This document shows positions 55,658-64,000 of a stretch of 64,000 nt of DNA, piece after piece. Both the position numbers and the translations under genes were made by a program. The stretch spans positions 2,264 to 66,263 of the forward strand of contig LKUE01000319.1 of NCBI GenBank assembly GCA_001412365.1, in the 5' to 3' direction. Each line of letters starts with the position of its first letter. Position 1 is the stretch's first letter. The notes under the pieces were generated by a model, which was not told the origin of the DNA, ran no database searches, and saw only the letters and a list, made by a program, of their open reading frames with translations. This DNA is from Desulfuromonas sp. SDB. GTDB lineage: Bacteria; SDB-A.

Positions 55658-56969
55658 CTTCCTCCTTGGTTAAGACCCGGTTGAATATTATTTCTACATA
55701 TTTTTTAATTTCATCATCAGCGGTGAGTTTTTCAATGTCCCCGTTGTTTAAAATGCTGCGCACCGCTTTATTTTCCTTTGCCGCCTGGGCAAAGCTGGTT
55801 TGCTGCTGCTGGGCTTGCATCGCAATTTGCTGAACTAACCGGTAAGCGTTGTCTCTTTCCATTCCCCGGCTGCAAAGATTTAAAAGGAGGGGACCGGAAA
55901 GATACCGGTGATTTGATAATTTAATATTTTGTTTAATTGAAGTTAAATTAATTTCCATATCTTTTATTACCTGTTCACTAAGTCTTATCAAGTAAAGCAA
56001 TATACTGGTGGATTGGGGGAATAAAATTCTTTCTACCGAGGAATGGCTGATATCTCTTTCATCCCATAAGGATACATTTTCCATCGCTTCCACCAAGTGT
56101 CCCCGGAATATTCTGGCTAATCCGCAAATACGTTCACAGATAATGGGATTTCTTTTGTGTGGCATGGCGGAAGAACCTTTTTGACCTTTTCTGAACGGTT
56201 CAGCAAATTCACCAATTTCAGTTCTCTGCAACAGTCTTATTTGAAGAGCAATTCTTTCCAGGGCTGCTGCGGTGTAACTCAGACTCATTACTACCGATAA
56301 ATGGCGGTCTCGGGGGACAATTTGAGTTGCAACCGGTTCAGGTTTCAGCCCCAGCAAATTAAGTGCCTTTATTTCCACATCCGGATTAATAACCCCGTAC
56401 ACCCCTACCGGACCGGAAAGCTTCCCATAACTGATATCATCTAATGCGGTGAGAAGCTTATGTCTGCTCCGGTTAAGCTGTTCGAAAAAAGAGAGAAACT
56501 TGATCCCCACGGTTATCGGTTCCGCATGAACACCATGGGTTCTACCCATCATAGGAGTATGTTTGTAAGCCAAAGCTTTTTTCTTAACTTCTGCAATTAA
56601 TTTATCTAAACCATCTAATATCAACTTTAAGGATTGCTTCAGAAGAATGGCATTGGCGGTATCTAAAATATCTGAAGAAGTTAAACCGTAATGAATATGG
56701 CGGGATGGAGGACCTACTTTTTCAGCAACTGAAGAAAGGAAAGCGATGACATCGTGATGAACTTCGGCTTCAATTTCTTTTATTCTGTCCAGGTCAAAAT
56801 CAGCTGAATTCAGAATGATTCGGAGGTCTGCTGGGGGTATTTGTCCTAGTTCCCCTCTTACTTTACACACCGTTACTTCAATATCCAGCCATACTTTGTA
56901 TTTATGGTAATCTGACCAGATATTTTGAATATCGGACGGATAATATCTATCTATAACTGACATAGGCAA
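55638..56969 (-). CDS. purB: adenylosuccinate lyase
   Basis: Fumarate-lyase signature GSSAMPHKRNP; ~440 aa. The start may be 56963 (MSVIDRY). Confidence 0.9.
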   Translation of the reverse strand: MPMSVIDRYYPSDIQNIWSDYHKYKVWLDIEVTVCKVRGELGQIPPADLRIILNSADFDLDRIKEIEAEVHHDVIAFLSSVAEKVGPPSRHIHYGLTSSDILDTANAILLKQSLKLILDGLDKLIAEVKKKALAYKHTPMMGRTHGVHAEPITVGIKFLSFFEQLNRSRHKLLTALDDISYGKLSGPVGVYGVINPDVEIKALNLLGLKPEPVATQIVPRDRHLSVVMSLSYTAAALERIALQIRLLQRTEIGEFAEPFRKGQKGSSAMPHKRNPIICERICGLARIFRGHLVEAMENVSLWDERDISHSSVERILFPQSTSILLYLIRLSEQVIKDMEINLTSIKQNIKLSNHRYLSGPLLLNLCSRGMERDNAYRLVQQIAMQAQQQQTSFAQAAKENKAVRSILNNGDIEKLTADDEIKKYVEIIFNRVLTKEEDDVFSK

Positions 56970-56972
56970 TTC

Positions 56973-57785
56973 TCATCTGAAAAATATTTCTATTATATCC
57001 TTTGTGGAAAAATCAATTTCCTCGAACTTAGAATTAATACCATTAAAATGATCAGGATACAATACCTTATAAAGATATAATCCTTCGGGTGGAGCGGTTT
57101 CTCCGGCAAGCTTTCGGTCTTTCCCTGCTAATATCTTCATTAAGTGGTGAGGGGGGATTTTATTCTTTCCTACATCAACCAAGGTCCCCATAATGGTTCT
57201 AATCATCTTGTGTAAAAAGCGATTTGCACAAAAGTGAAAAAAAACTAAAGACCCCGATCTCCTGATAGACACCGATTTCATGTTTACCTGATTGTCAGGC
57301 TGAGATGATTTGGTTAAAACCAGAGAAGTAAAATCATGATTGCCCTCCAAATAAGCTGCCGCCGACTTCATCTGGTCAATGTCCAGCTCATAAGGGATTT
57401 GCCACAGCAGATCCTGGTGAAAGGGGGAATAATTACCCATATTTAATAAGTACAGATAATGTCTCTGGACTGCGTCTCTAACCGAATGAAACTGAGGATG
57501 AACTTGCTCCAACCAACATAAAAAAATGTCCGGATCTATCACCGAATTAACAGAATAGCGGAAATCGGAAAGGACATACTGATCGGGGACATCGAAATGA
57601 ATGACCTGGCCTAAAGCGTGCACTCCCCGGTCGGTGCGTCCGGATGCGGTAACCCTGATATTTAATCCGGTGATTTGGTGCAGTCCTCTTTGTATCTCCT
57701 CCTGAACGGTAGGAAGCTGAGGTTGAATTTGCCATCCCCAAAATTTTTTCCCCAAGTATTTAACCGTGGCTCTTATTCTTTTCAT
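56973..57785 (-). CDS. truA: tRNA pseudouridine(38-40) synthase
   Basis: RTDRGVHALGQVIHFD catalytic Asp motif. The start is trimmed to MKRIRATVKYLGKKFWGWQ (ATG at 57785); the longer ORF-track start would add a non-conserved 28-aa extension. Confidence 0.85.
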   Translation of the reverse strand: MKRIRATVKYLGKKFWGWQIQPQLPTVQEEIQRGLHQITGLNIRVTASGRTDRGVHALGQVIHFDVPDQYVLSDFRYSVNSVIDPDIFLCWLEQVHPQFHSVRDAVQRHYLYLLNMGNYSPFHQDLLWQIPYELDIDQMKSAAAYLEGNHDFTSLVLTKSSQPDNQVNMKSVSIRRSGSLVFFHFCANRFLHKMIRTIMGTLVDVGKNKIPPHHLMKILAGKDRKLAGETAPPEGLYLYKVLYPDHFNGINSKFEEIDFSTKDIIEIFFR

Positions 57786-58414
57786 ATCAGCCACTGCTGC
57801 GATATCAATCCCAGGATTAAACTTGCCGGCAGCAGGTCCCCGGGAGTAAATTTTATTGGATGTATCCATAATGAAGGAGAAGTTGAATTGCCGTATCCCC
57901 GGGAAAGCAGGGAATAGTTCAGATGCAGTTTTCTTTGATAAATTTTAATCAACAGGGCAGTGATCAGAAGGTGGAATTGGTCAACCCGGGATATTGAACT
58001 GGATTTTCTTAACATCAGTACGTTTCGAGCCATCTCCATTTCTCTTTTTAAATAGGGAAGAAAGCCGGAGGTCAATTGACCCGCCAGTAGAAGATCATAG
58101 CTGTAGGGAATAAATCTCCACCAAGGCAAGGCAGAGATTTCTCTTAGGGAAATCAATCCTCTGAATGCCCCGGTGATAAATAACAGCCAGATTAGCCGGG
58201 AGATATTAAAATCAACCGGTACAAATATTTTTATAACCCACATAATCAGGGTGAATAATATTAATATTAACAGCCGTTTATACTTTTGCAGTGTCCACAA
58301 CAATATCCCTGCCCCCGCGCTGCATGCAGTTAAATTTAATAAATTATCGCTGAACAATATGCACAGATAAAAAGAAAGCATTAAAATTATTAAAACCAGC
58401 GGAGAAAATTTCAA
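57782..58414 (-). CDS. membrane protein, possible ECF-transporter T component (EcfT/CbiQ-like), short
   Basis: Five TM segments and a C-terminal PYLKREMEMARNVLMLR resembling the EcfT coupling-helix A-R-G/S motif. It sits immediately upstream of truA, a linkage conserved for ecfT in Firmicutes. Confidence 0.35.
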   Translation of the reverse strand: MKFSPLVLIILMLSFYLCILFSDNLLNLTACSAGAGILLWTLQKYKRLLILILFTLIMWVIKIFVPVDFNISRLIWLLFITGAFRGLISLREISALPWWRFIPYSYDLLLAGQLTSGFLPYLKREMEMARNVLMLRKSSSISRVDQFHLLITALLIKIYQRKLHLNYSLLSRGYGNSTSPSLWIHPIKFTPGDLLPASLILGLISQQWLI

Positions 58415-59376
58415 ATTACTCCTGCTCTCATCATATCATGCAGATGAATTATGCCGATGGGTTTGCTTTGGGTATTGATTACAATTAGTGCAGTTATTCC
58501 GTTGTCTTCCATTTTCTTAACTGCATTTATGGCTAATTCATCAGGATAGGTTACCTTGGGATGAGGGGACATGATATCTTCAGGATTTAATTGAAATATG
58601 TTGCCTTTGCCGTATATAGCCCGTCTTAAGTCGCCGTCGGTGATTACTCCAATTATGTCTCCCTGCTCATTGACCACCGAAGTAATACCCCGTTTGGTGG
58701 TCATTTCCATAATGACCTGTTTCATATCCGCACCAGTTTTGACAATAGGGACATTTTCAGATTTTACCAACATATGGTCCATCACCCGGTCTAAAATTCG
58801 CCTTCCAATTGCCCCCCCCGGATGACGGAGGGCGAAATCTTCAATTTTAAAATTTTTAACTGTGGATAAGGTTATGGCCAGAGCATCCCCGATGGCTAAA
58901 GTGGAGATGGAACTGGCAGTGGGAGCTAAATCCAATGGACAGGCTTCTCTTTCTACGCTTACATCCAAAACATAATCGGCATGCTCAGCTAGTTGAGACT
59001 GGGTGGCTCCGGTTATTAAAATAATCTTTACTCCTATTTGTTCAAATACAGGAACTAATTGCAGCAGGGCGTCGGTATTTCCACTTTTGGAAATTAACAA
59101 GGCGATGTCCCGGGGTTGTACAGAACCAACGTCTCCGTGCAGTCCTTCTGCGGCATGAAGGAAAAAAGAAGGAGTTCCGGTGGAAGATAAAGTTGCTGCA
59201 ATTTTCCGACCGATTAAACCTGATTTTCCAATGCCGGTAACTACGATTTTGCCGGGGCAGTTAAGTATTTCCTCTACTACCTGGACAAAAGTTTCATTTA
59301 TCTTATTCAGGCAGTTCTGGACACTTTCCGCTTCAAGGGATATTACCTTTTTTGCTATATTTAAAATATCTAACAT
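58411..59376 (-). CDS. kdsD: arabinose-5-phosphate isomerase (SIS + tandem CBS)
   Basis: SIS motif VVTGIGKSGLIGRKIAATLSSTG and two C-terminal CBS domains. Confidence 0.88.
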   Translation of the reverse strand: MLDILNIAKKVISLEAESVQNCLNKINETFVQVVEEILNCPGKIVVTGIGKSGLIGRKIAATLSSTGTPSFFLHAAEGLHGDVGSVQPRDIALLISKSGNTDALLQLVPVFEQIGVKIILITGATQSQLAEHADYVLDVSVEREACPLDLAPTASSISTLAIGDALAITLSTVKNFKIEDFALRHPGGAIGRRILDRVMDHMLVKSENVPIVKTGADMKQVIMEMTTKRGITSVVNEQGDIIGVITDGDLRRAIYGKGNIFQLNPEDIMSPHPKVTYPDELAINAVKKMEDNGITALIVINTQSKPIGIIHLHDMMRAGVI

Positions 59377-59390
59377 AATCCTGCTTCAAT

Positions 59391-59876
59391 CTAATTTTTT
59401 CTTTTCTGCAGCAGATAATCCAATGCTTCCCGGACTGCGCCCCACCCGCCCTTGGCTGATGTAACTAAGTCCGCTTGTTGTTTTACTTCATCCACCGCGT
59501 CATTAACTGCCACTGACCAGCCACAAAGTTTCATTGCCTCCAAATCAGAAAGGTCATCCCCTATGTATCCAAGATTGAACATATTTAAACCAGTTTTCCG
59601 GATATAATCTTTTATCCATTCTAACTTGTTTTCAATGCCGGTGTAAATTTCAGATATTCCCAACTCAATACAACGGTATTCAGTTGCTTTAGATTTTCTT
59701 CCAGAGCATATTACAATATTTATCCCCTGTTTTAAAGTTTGTTTTATCCCCCAACCGTCTTTGGCATGAAAGTATTTTATCTCTGTACCTTGACCGGTTA
59801 TTACAATTCTTCCATCGGTTAAAGTACCGTCTACGTCAATGATCAGAGTGGTAATATTAGTTAGATTATTTCTCAT
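59391..59876 (-). CDS. kdsC: 3-deoxy-D-manno-octulosonate 8-phosphate phosphatase
   Basis: HAD motif LIIDVDGTLTDG plus the KdsC-specific core; 161 aa. Confidence 0.85.
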   Translation of the reverse strand: MRNNLTNITTLIIDVDGTLTDGRIVITGQGTEIKYFHAKDGWGIKQTLKQGINIVICSGRKSKATEYRCIELGISEIYTGIENKLEWIKDYIRKTGLNMFNLGYIGDDLSDLEAMKLCGWSVAVNDAVDEVKQQADLVTSAKGGWGAVREALDYLLQKRKN

Positions 59877-61614
59877 AATGATTCTTCATTGCCGCCTGGA
59901 TGAATCCCATAAACAGGGGGGCGGGATCCTGAAGACGGGATTTGAATTCAGGGTGGGCTTGAGTGGCAACAAAAAATGGATGATCGGTCAATTCAATAAA
60001 TTCCATCAGAGGTACCGATTCCTCCAAGGGTTGATGATATCCGCTGAACTGCAATCCTTTCTGCTGGATCGGGTTGATGTATTGGGGATTGATTTCATAA
60101 CGGTGTCGATGCCGTTCAATAATTTGAGTATAAGCGGATTGGTTATTTATCACTCCCAATCTGAATTTTTGGTGAGGATCGGATTGAAGATAGCTGATCA
60201 ATTTTTGATCTTTTTCAATCCGGTTGTATTGCTGATATAAATGGTGAACTAATGTCCCTATCTTGATATTAGCCAGATAAGCACCTAATCTCATGGTTGC
60301 ACCATAACGGGAATTTTTCATTATCTCCACCTGAGAAGGTAGCAGCACGGTCATGGGATGAGGAGATTCTGGTTTAAATTCAGTGGTATTAGCTTCAGGT
60401 AATTTCACCACATTACGGGCAAATTCAACCACCGCCAGCTGTAAACCCAAACAAAGCCCGAGATAAGGGATTTGGTTGTTTCGGGCATACTGAATTGCTA
60501 ATATCTTACCCTCAATTCCCGAAGTTCCAAAACCACCCGGTACAATAATTCCGTTTAATCCTGCCAGCTGCTGGGAAACCTCCTCATCAGATAGTTCTAA
60601 ATCATTTGCGCTTATCCAGCTTATTTTTACTTTGCAGTCTAAACCTGCCCCTGCATGTTCAATGGCTTGTTTAACTGAAATGTAGGCATCTTCCAGGTAG
60701 TAATTGCCAATTTCAATATATTTGCACACAATTCCGATTTCCACTTCTCTAGAGGGATTGATGATCCGGGAAACCATTTGCTGCCAGGAGGACCAGTTGC
60801 TTTTTTGTTTGGGATTGAGATCAAGTGCGTTTAATATCTTCTTGCCCAGATTTTCCCGTTCAAAGTTAAGAGGACAGGTGTAAATTGTGGATATATCCGG
60901 AGCGGATATTACCATATCCGCAGGTATGTTTGCATAAATTTCAATTTTCTTTTTGCGAACTTGATCCAGCTCCTTAACCGCTCTACACAGTATGATATCC
61001 GGAAAGATGCCATGTTGAGACAGAAGTTTTATAGCCTGCTGAGTTGGCTTTGTCTTCATCTCTCCCACATGATTGGGCACCGGCAAGAAAGTAATTAAAA
61101 CGTAACACACACTATTTATTCCTATTTTCCGTTCCAGGCTTTTCAAGGCGAATAAATAAGGAATGTTTTCATAGTCTCCGATTGTGCCTCCCACCTCAAT
61201 TACGGTTATTTCATGATGTTCACTGGCTAATTCAATTCTCCTGATAATTTCATTGGGGATGTGGGGAATGAACTGAACAGTTTCCCCCAGAAATTCACCT
61301 TTTCTTTCCTTTTCAATAACTGCCTGATAAATTTGTCCGGTAGTAATATTGTTAATCTTGGGAATTTCATCTCCGATAAAACGTTCGTAGTTGCCCAGGT
61401 CTTGATCAATTTCGCCGCCATCACTGGTAACCCAAACCTCTCCATGCTCAGTTGGTCTAAGGGTTCCTGCATCACAATTAATATAAGGATCAATTTTTAT
61501 AGCGGTAGTTTTATAACCATTTTCAGTGAGAATTTTAGCAATGGAAGCAGCGGCAATTCCTTTTCCTACTCCGCTGATTACACCTCCGACCACCACTACA
61601 AATTTTTTAGCCAT
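59866..61614 (-). CDS. pyrG: CTP synthase
   Basis: N-terminal KFVVVVGGVISGVGKGI; C-terminal glutamine amidotransferase GLCLGLQ. The start is set at MAKKF (61614) with an AGAGGG RBS. Confidence 0.93.
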   Translation of the reverse strand: MAKKFVVVVGGVISGVGKGIAAASIAKILTENGYKTTAIKIDPYINCDAGTLRPTEHGEVWVTSDGGEIDQDLGNYERFIGDEIPKINNITTGQIYQAVIEKERKGEFLGETVQFIPHIPNEIIRRIELASEHHEITVIEVGGTIGDYENIPYLFALKSLERKIGINSVCYVLITFLPVPNHVGEMKTKPTQQAIKLLSQHGIFPDIILCRAVKELDQVRKKKIEIYANIPADMVISAPDISTIYTCPLNFERENLGKKILNALDLNPKQKSNWSSWQQMVSRIINPSREVEIGIVCKYIEIGNYYLEDAYISVKQAIEHAGAGLDCKVKISWISANDLELSDEEVSQQLAGLNGIIVPGGFGTSGIEGKILAIQYARNNQIPYLGLCLGLQLAVVEFARNVVKLPEANTTEFKPESPHPMTVLLPSQVEIMKNSRYGATMRLGAYLANIKIGTLVHHLYQQYNRIEKDQKLISYLQSDPHQKFRLGVINNQSAYTQIIERHRHRYEINPQYINPIQQKGLQFSGYHQPLEESVPLMEFIELTDHPFFVATQAHPEFKSRLQDPAPLFMGFIQAAMKNHYEK

Positions 61615-62347
61615 AATTTTCCCTCTTTTTGAAAATGCTTTTTGCTTTATCATAATCCTGCTGAGTGTCTATGCCCCAGGAATCATTTGAGGTTTCCCTG
61701 ACTGCAATTATCCCTCCCATCTCCAGGATTCTTAATTGTTCCAATTGCTCTGTCTTTTCTAATTCAGTTTGAGGTTGCTGATTAAATCTTATTAAAAATT
61801 CTCGGCGATATGCATAAATTCCGCAATGTTTTTTTATTACCGGTGAAGTTTGATTTAAACAACAGGGTATGGGAGATCGGGAAAAATATAGTGCATGATT
61901 GTAGTGGTCTGCGACCAGTTTAACCTTTGATGGATCTTGATAATCCGTCGGCTCAGCGGACCGATTGTACAAAGTAGCTACATCTGCTTGGATATCTTCC
62001 TGCAGGGCAGTGACAACCAAGTCAATATCCCCTGCCTTGATTAAGGGTTCATCTCCCTGTATGTTTACCACTATCTGATAACCGGGAAATTTTCGGGATG
62101 TCCAACCAACTCGATCTGATCCTGTGTTCATGGGGGGGGTGAGTAAACAGGGGATATTCAACTGCTCCGCCTTTTCCTGAATAGATGCAGATTCAGTGGC
62201 TACAATCAGCTTGTCCAGTTTTGCTGCTTTAGTACCTGCTTGATAAACCCAGGCAAAAAGGGGCAGATTGCCAAGAACCAGCAAAGGTTTTCCTGGCAAT
62301 CTAGTAGAAGCCATTCTTAAAGGAATTACTCCCAGTACACCATTCAA
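61607..62347 (-). CDS. kdsB: 3-deoxy-manno-octulosonate cytidylyltransferase (CMP-Kdo synthetase)
   Basis: IPLRMASTRLPGKPL and NIQGDEPLI motifs; aligns to E. coli KdsB. Confidence 0.88.
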   Translation of the reverse strand: MNGVLGVIPLRMASTRLPGKPLLVLGNLPLFAWVYQAGTKAAKLDKLIVATESASIQEKAEQLNIPCLLTPPMNTGSDRVGWTSRKFPGYQIVVNIQGDEPLIKAGDIDLVVTALQEDIQADVATLYNRSAEPTDYQDPSKVKLVADHYNHALYFSRSPIPCCLNQTSPVIKKHCGIYAYRREFLIRFNQQPQTELEKTEQLEQLRILEMGGIIAVRETSNDSWGIDTQQDYDKAKSIFKKRENYG

Positions 62348-62387
62348 TTTAAAATATTTTGCCTTAGTTTAAAAAATCAGATATGAA

Positions 62388-64000
62388 TTATTGATTTTCC
62401 TGATTAACTGCTTCTATTTCTTCAGCAACTGCTTCTTTTTCGGAAAGTACAATTCTTCGACCGTCCACTGCCATCTCAATTATTTTCAAGTTAAGACTGT
62501 CTCCGATTTTGTAAGCATCAGCCGGTTTTTTTATGTTTTCATCAATCAGATGGGAAAATGGAACAAAACCTCTGGCGTTGTTCTCTAATTTTACCACAAT
62601 TCCGCGATCTCTTAATTCCACTACGGATCCGGAAATGGTTTCTCCTTCCCTGTGTTCATTGATAAATAACTGTACGGGATCTTCCTCCATTTGTTTCAGT
62701 CCCAAAGATATTTTTTTTGATTCTTTGTCAATTTTTAAAACTTTACAGCTTACCTTCATGCCTTCTTTAAGAATTTCCCGGGGTGTTTCTATTCGATCTA
62801 CCCAAGACATATCCGAAACATGAATTAAACCGTCAATCCCTTCTTCCAGCTGAACAAATGCGCCGAAGTTGGTGATAGTTCTTACTTTTCCTTCCACTAC
62901 CGAATCCACCGGATATTTTTCATCGATGGTTTCCCAGGGATCAGGATGAATTTGTTTTAATCCCAGAGAAATCCTCTGTTTTTCAGGATCGACATGTAAA
63001 ACCACTGCTTCAATTTCCTGACCGATTTCTAAAATATCCGAAGGTTTCTTTATATGTTTAGTCCAGGACATCTCCGAGATGTGGATTAATCCTTCCACTC
63101 CTTTTTCCAGTTCAATAAAAGCTCCGTAATCAGTCATGGATACAACTTTACCTTTGGTTTTGGAATCAACTGGATATTTTTCAGTGATATTTCTCCAGGG
63201 ATCGGGGACTAATTGCTTCATTCCCAGAGAAACCCTGTTTTTATCTCTTTCAATACCTATCACCATTACCTGAATAGTGTCCCCAATGGACAGCACTTCA
63301 GATGGATGCTGAATTCTTCCCCAGGATATATCGGTGATATGAAGAAGACCATCTACTCCTCCCAGATCTATAAATGCACCAAAGGGAGTGATATTTTTGA
63401 CCTTCCCTTCCAGAGCAGTGCCCACATCCAGTTTCTCAAAAAGGTCTTTTCTTTTCATTTCCCTTTCTTCTTCCAGAATCTGCCTGCGGGAAACGACAAT
63501 ATTTCTCCTCTTCCAGTTTAACTTGATGATTCTGAAGCTGTAGGTATTCCCTACCAGAGAATCCATATCTTTGCAGGGACGTAAATCAATCTGACTCCCC
63601 GGAAGGAAGGATTCCACTCCGAATACTGATACTATCATTCCTCCCTTAACTCTGCGGACAATAGTACCTTCCACTGGAGTTTTGTCATCATAAGCTGATT
63701 TAATATCATCCCAGACTTTTATGAAATCAGCCTTTTTCTTAGATACAACTGCAAATCCTTGCTCACCTTCTAACTCTTCCAGAAAAACTTCAACTTCGTC
63801 TCCCTCTTTAATTTTATCCGGTTCATTGAATTCACTGATGGCAAGAATACCTTCACTTTTTTGACTGATATCTAAAACTACGTCTTTATTTCCGACTCTG
63901 ACAATTTTTCCGGTAACAATTTTACCCTCTTCTATAGTGGGAGAGTATTTATCTACTAATACGGAAAGCTCATCATCGGTTAGATCCCAAGAATCTACCG
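62388..64000 (-). CDS. rpsA: 30S ribosomal protein S1, N-terminus beyond the window end
   Basis: Repeated S1 domains. The reading frame stays open from 63674 to the window edge (…KVWDDIKSAYDDKTPVEGTIVRRV…), so the ORF-track Met at 63674 is an internal GTG, not the start. Confidence 0.85.
   Translation of the reverse strand, partial: VDSWDLTDDELSVLVDKYSPTIEEGKIVTGKIVRVGNKDVVLDISQKSEGILAISEFNEPDKIKEGDEVEVFLEELEGEQGFAVVSKKKADFIKVWDDIKSAYDDKTPVEGTIVRRVKGGMIVSVFGVESFLPGSQIDLRPCKDMDSLVGNTYSFRIIKLNWKRRNIVVSRRQILEEEREMKRKDLFEKLDVGTALEGKVKNITPFGAFIDLGGVDGLLHITDISWGRIQHPSEVLSIGDTIQVMVIGIERDKNRVSLGMKQLVPDPWRNITEKYPVDSKTKGKVVSMTDYGAFIELEKGVEGLIHISEMSWTKHIKKPSDILEIGQEIEAVVLHVDPEKQRISLGLKQIHPDPWETIDEKYPVDSVVEGKVRTITNFGAFVQLEEGIDGLIHVSDMSWVDRIETPREILKEGMKVSCKVLKIDKESKKISLGLKQMEEDPVQLFINEHREGETISGSVVELRDRGIVVKLENNARGFVPFSHLIDENIKKPADAYKIGDSLNLKIIEMAVDGRRIVLSEKEAVAEEIEAVNQENQ

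Noticed and set aside
62391-63521. Plus-strand ORFs 62391-62588, 62533-62823 and 63213-63521
   Set aside because: They overlap the minus-strand rpsA reading frame, which is continuous to the window end with repeated S1 domains.
1-64000. tRNA, rRNA, transposase or integrase genes; prophage or integrative element borders
   Set aside because: No cloverleaf-like sequences were seen in intergenic gaps (all are under 310 bp and AT-rich or repeat-filled). No DDE or tyrosine-recombinase motifs, and no long flanking direct repeats around the inverted gene blocks.

Overview
This 64 kb window is an AT-rich chromosomal segment from a Gram-negative bacterium. LPS/Kdo genes (kdsB, kdsC, kdsD, gmhA, hldD), Bacteroidetes-style LSC lipoboxes and a clear T9SS C-terminal sorting domain point to the FCB group (Bacteroidota, Cloacimonadota, Ignavibacteriota or similar); I cannot name the organism more precisely.

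Most of the window is densely packed housekeeping:
- positions 1-12130: hisS (partial), mnmG, then rplM-rpsI-rpsB-tsf-pyrH-frr-uppS-cdsA-dxr-rseP-cinA;
- ddl, hldD, an RhaD-like aldolase, cysS;
- further on: purA, a Tpx fusion, a larE-larB-larC nickel-pincer cofactor operon with gmhA, ogt, cobB, alr;
- the 3' third, all on the minus strand: an M20 dipeptidase, rng plus a fused radical-SAM gene, fabH-ptb-acd, purB, truA, kdsD-kdsC-pyrG-kdsB and rpsA running off the window end.

I found no rRNA, tRNA, CRISPR array or transposase/integrase.

Three zones look accessory:
- 18.8-25.3 kb: a T9SS cargo protein, an orphan RHH antitoxin-like gene with a near-consensus promoter and palindromic operator, an aminotransferase with an N-terminal extension, an inverted membrane-protein + NHL-propeller lipoprotein pair, a FetAB-like ABC exporter, then an odd poly-C / C-rich direct-repeat region.
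- 36.0-40.6 kb: an inverted two-gene module, a CPBP (Abi) intramembrane protease with a large ectodomain next to a 986-aa pseudo-REC + REC + PPDK_N-type ATP-grasp protein that has no phospho-His swivel domain. This is the most novel-looking candidate system.
- 45.2-47.3 kb: an AmgK-like sugar kinase fused to a RapZ C-terminal domain, translationally coupled to a MurU-like nucleotidyltransferase.

Smaller oddities: a ~2.5-copy tandem duplication of the ddl leader and initiation region, a Tpx with an unknown 100-aa C-terminal domain, a methyltransferase-GNAT fusion, and an ecfT-like gene next to truA with no ecfA.

All domain calls rest on motif recognition by eye; I ran no searches.
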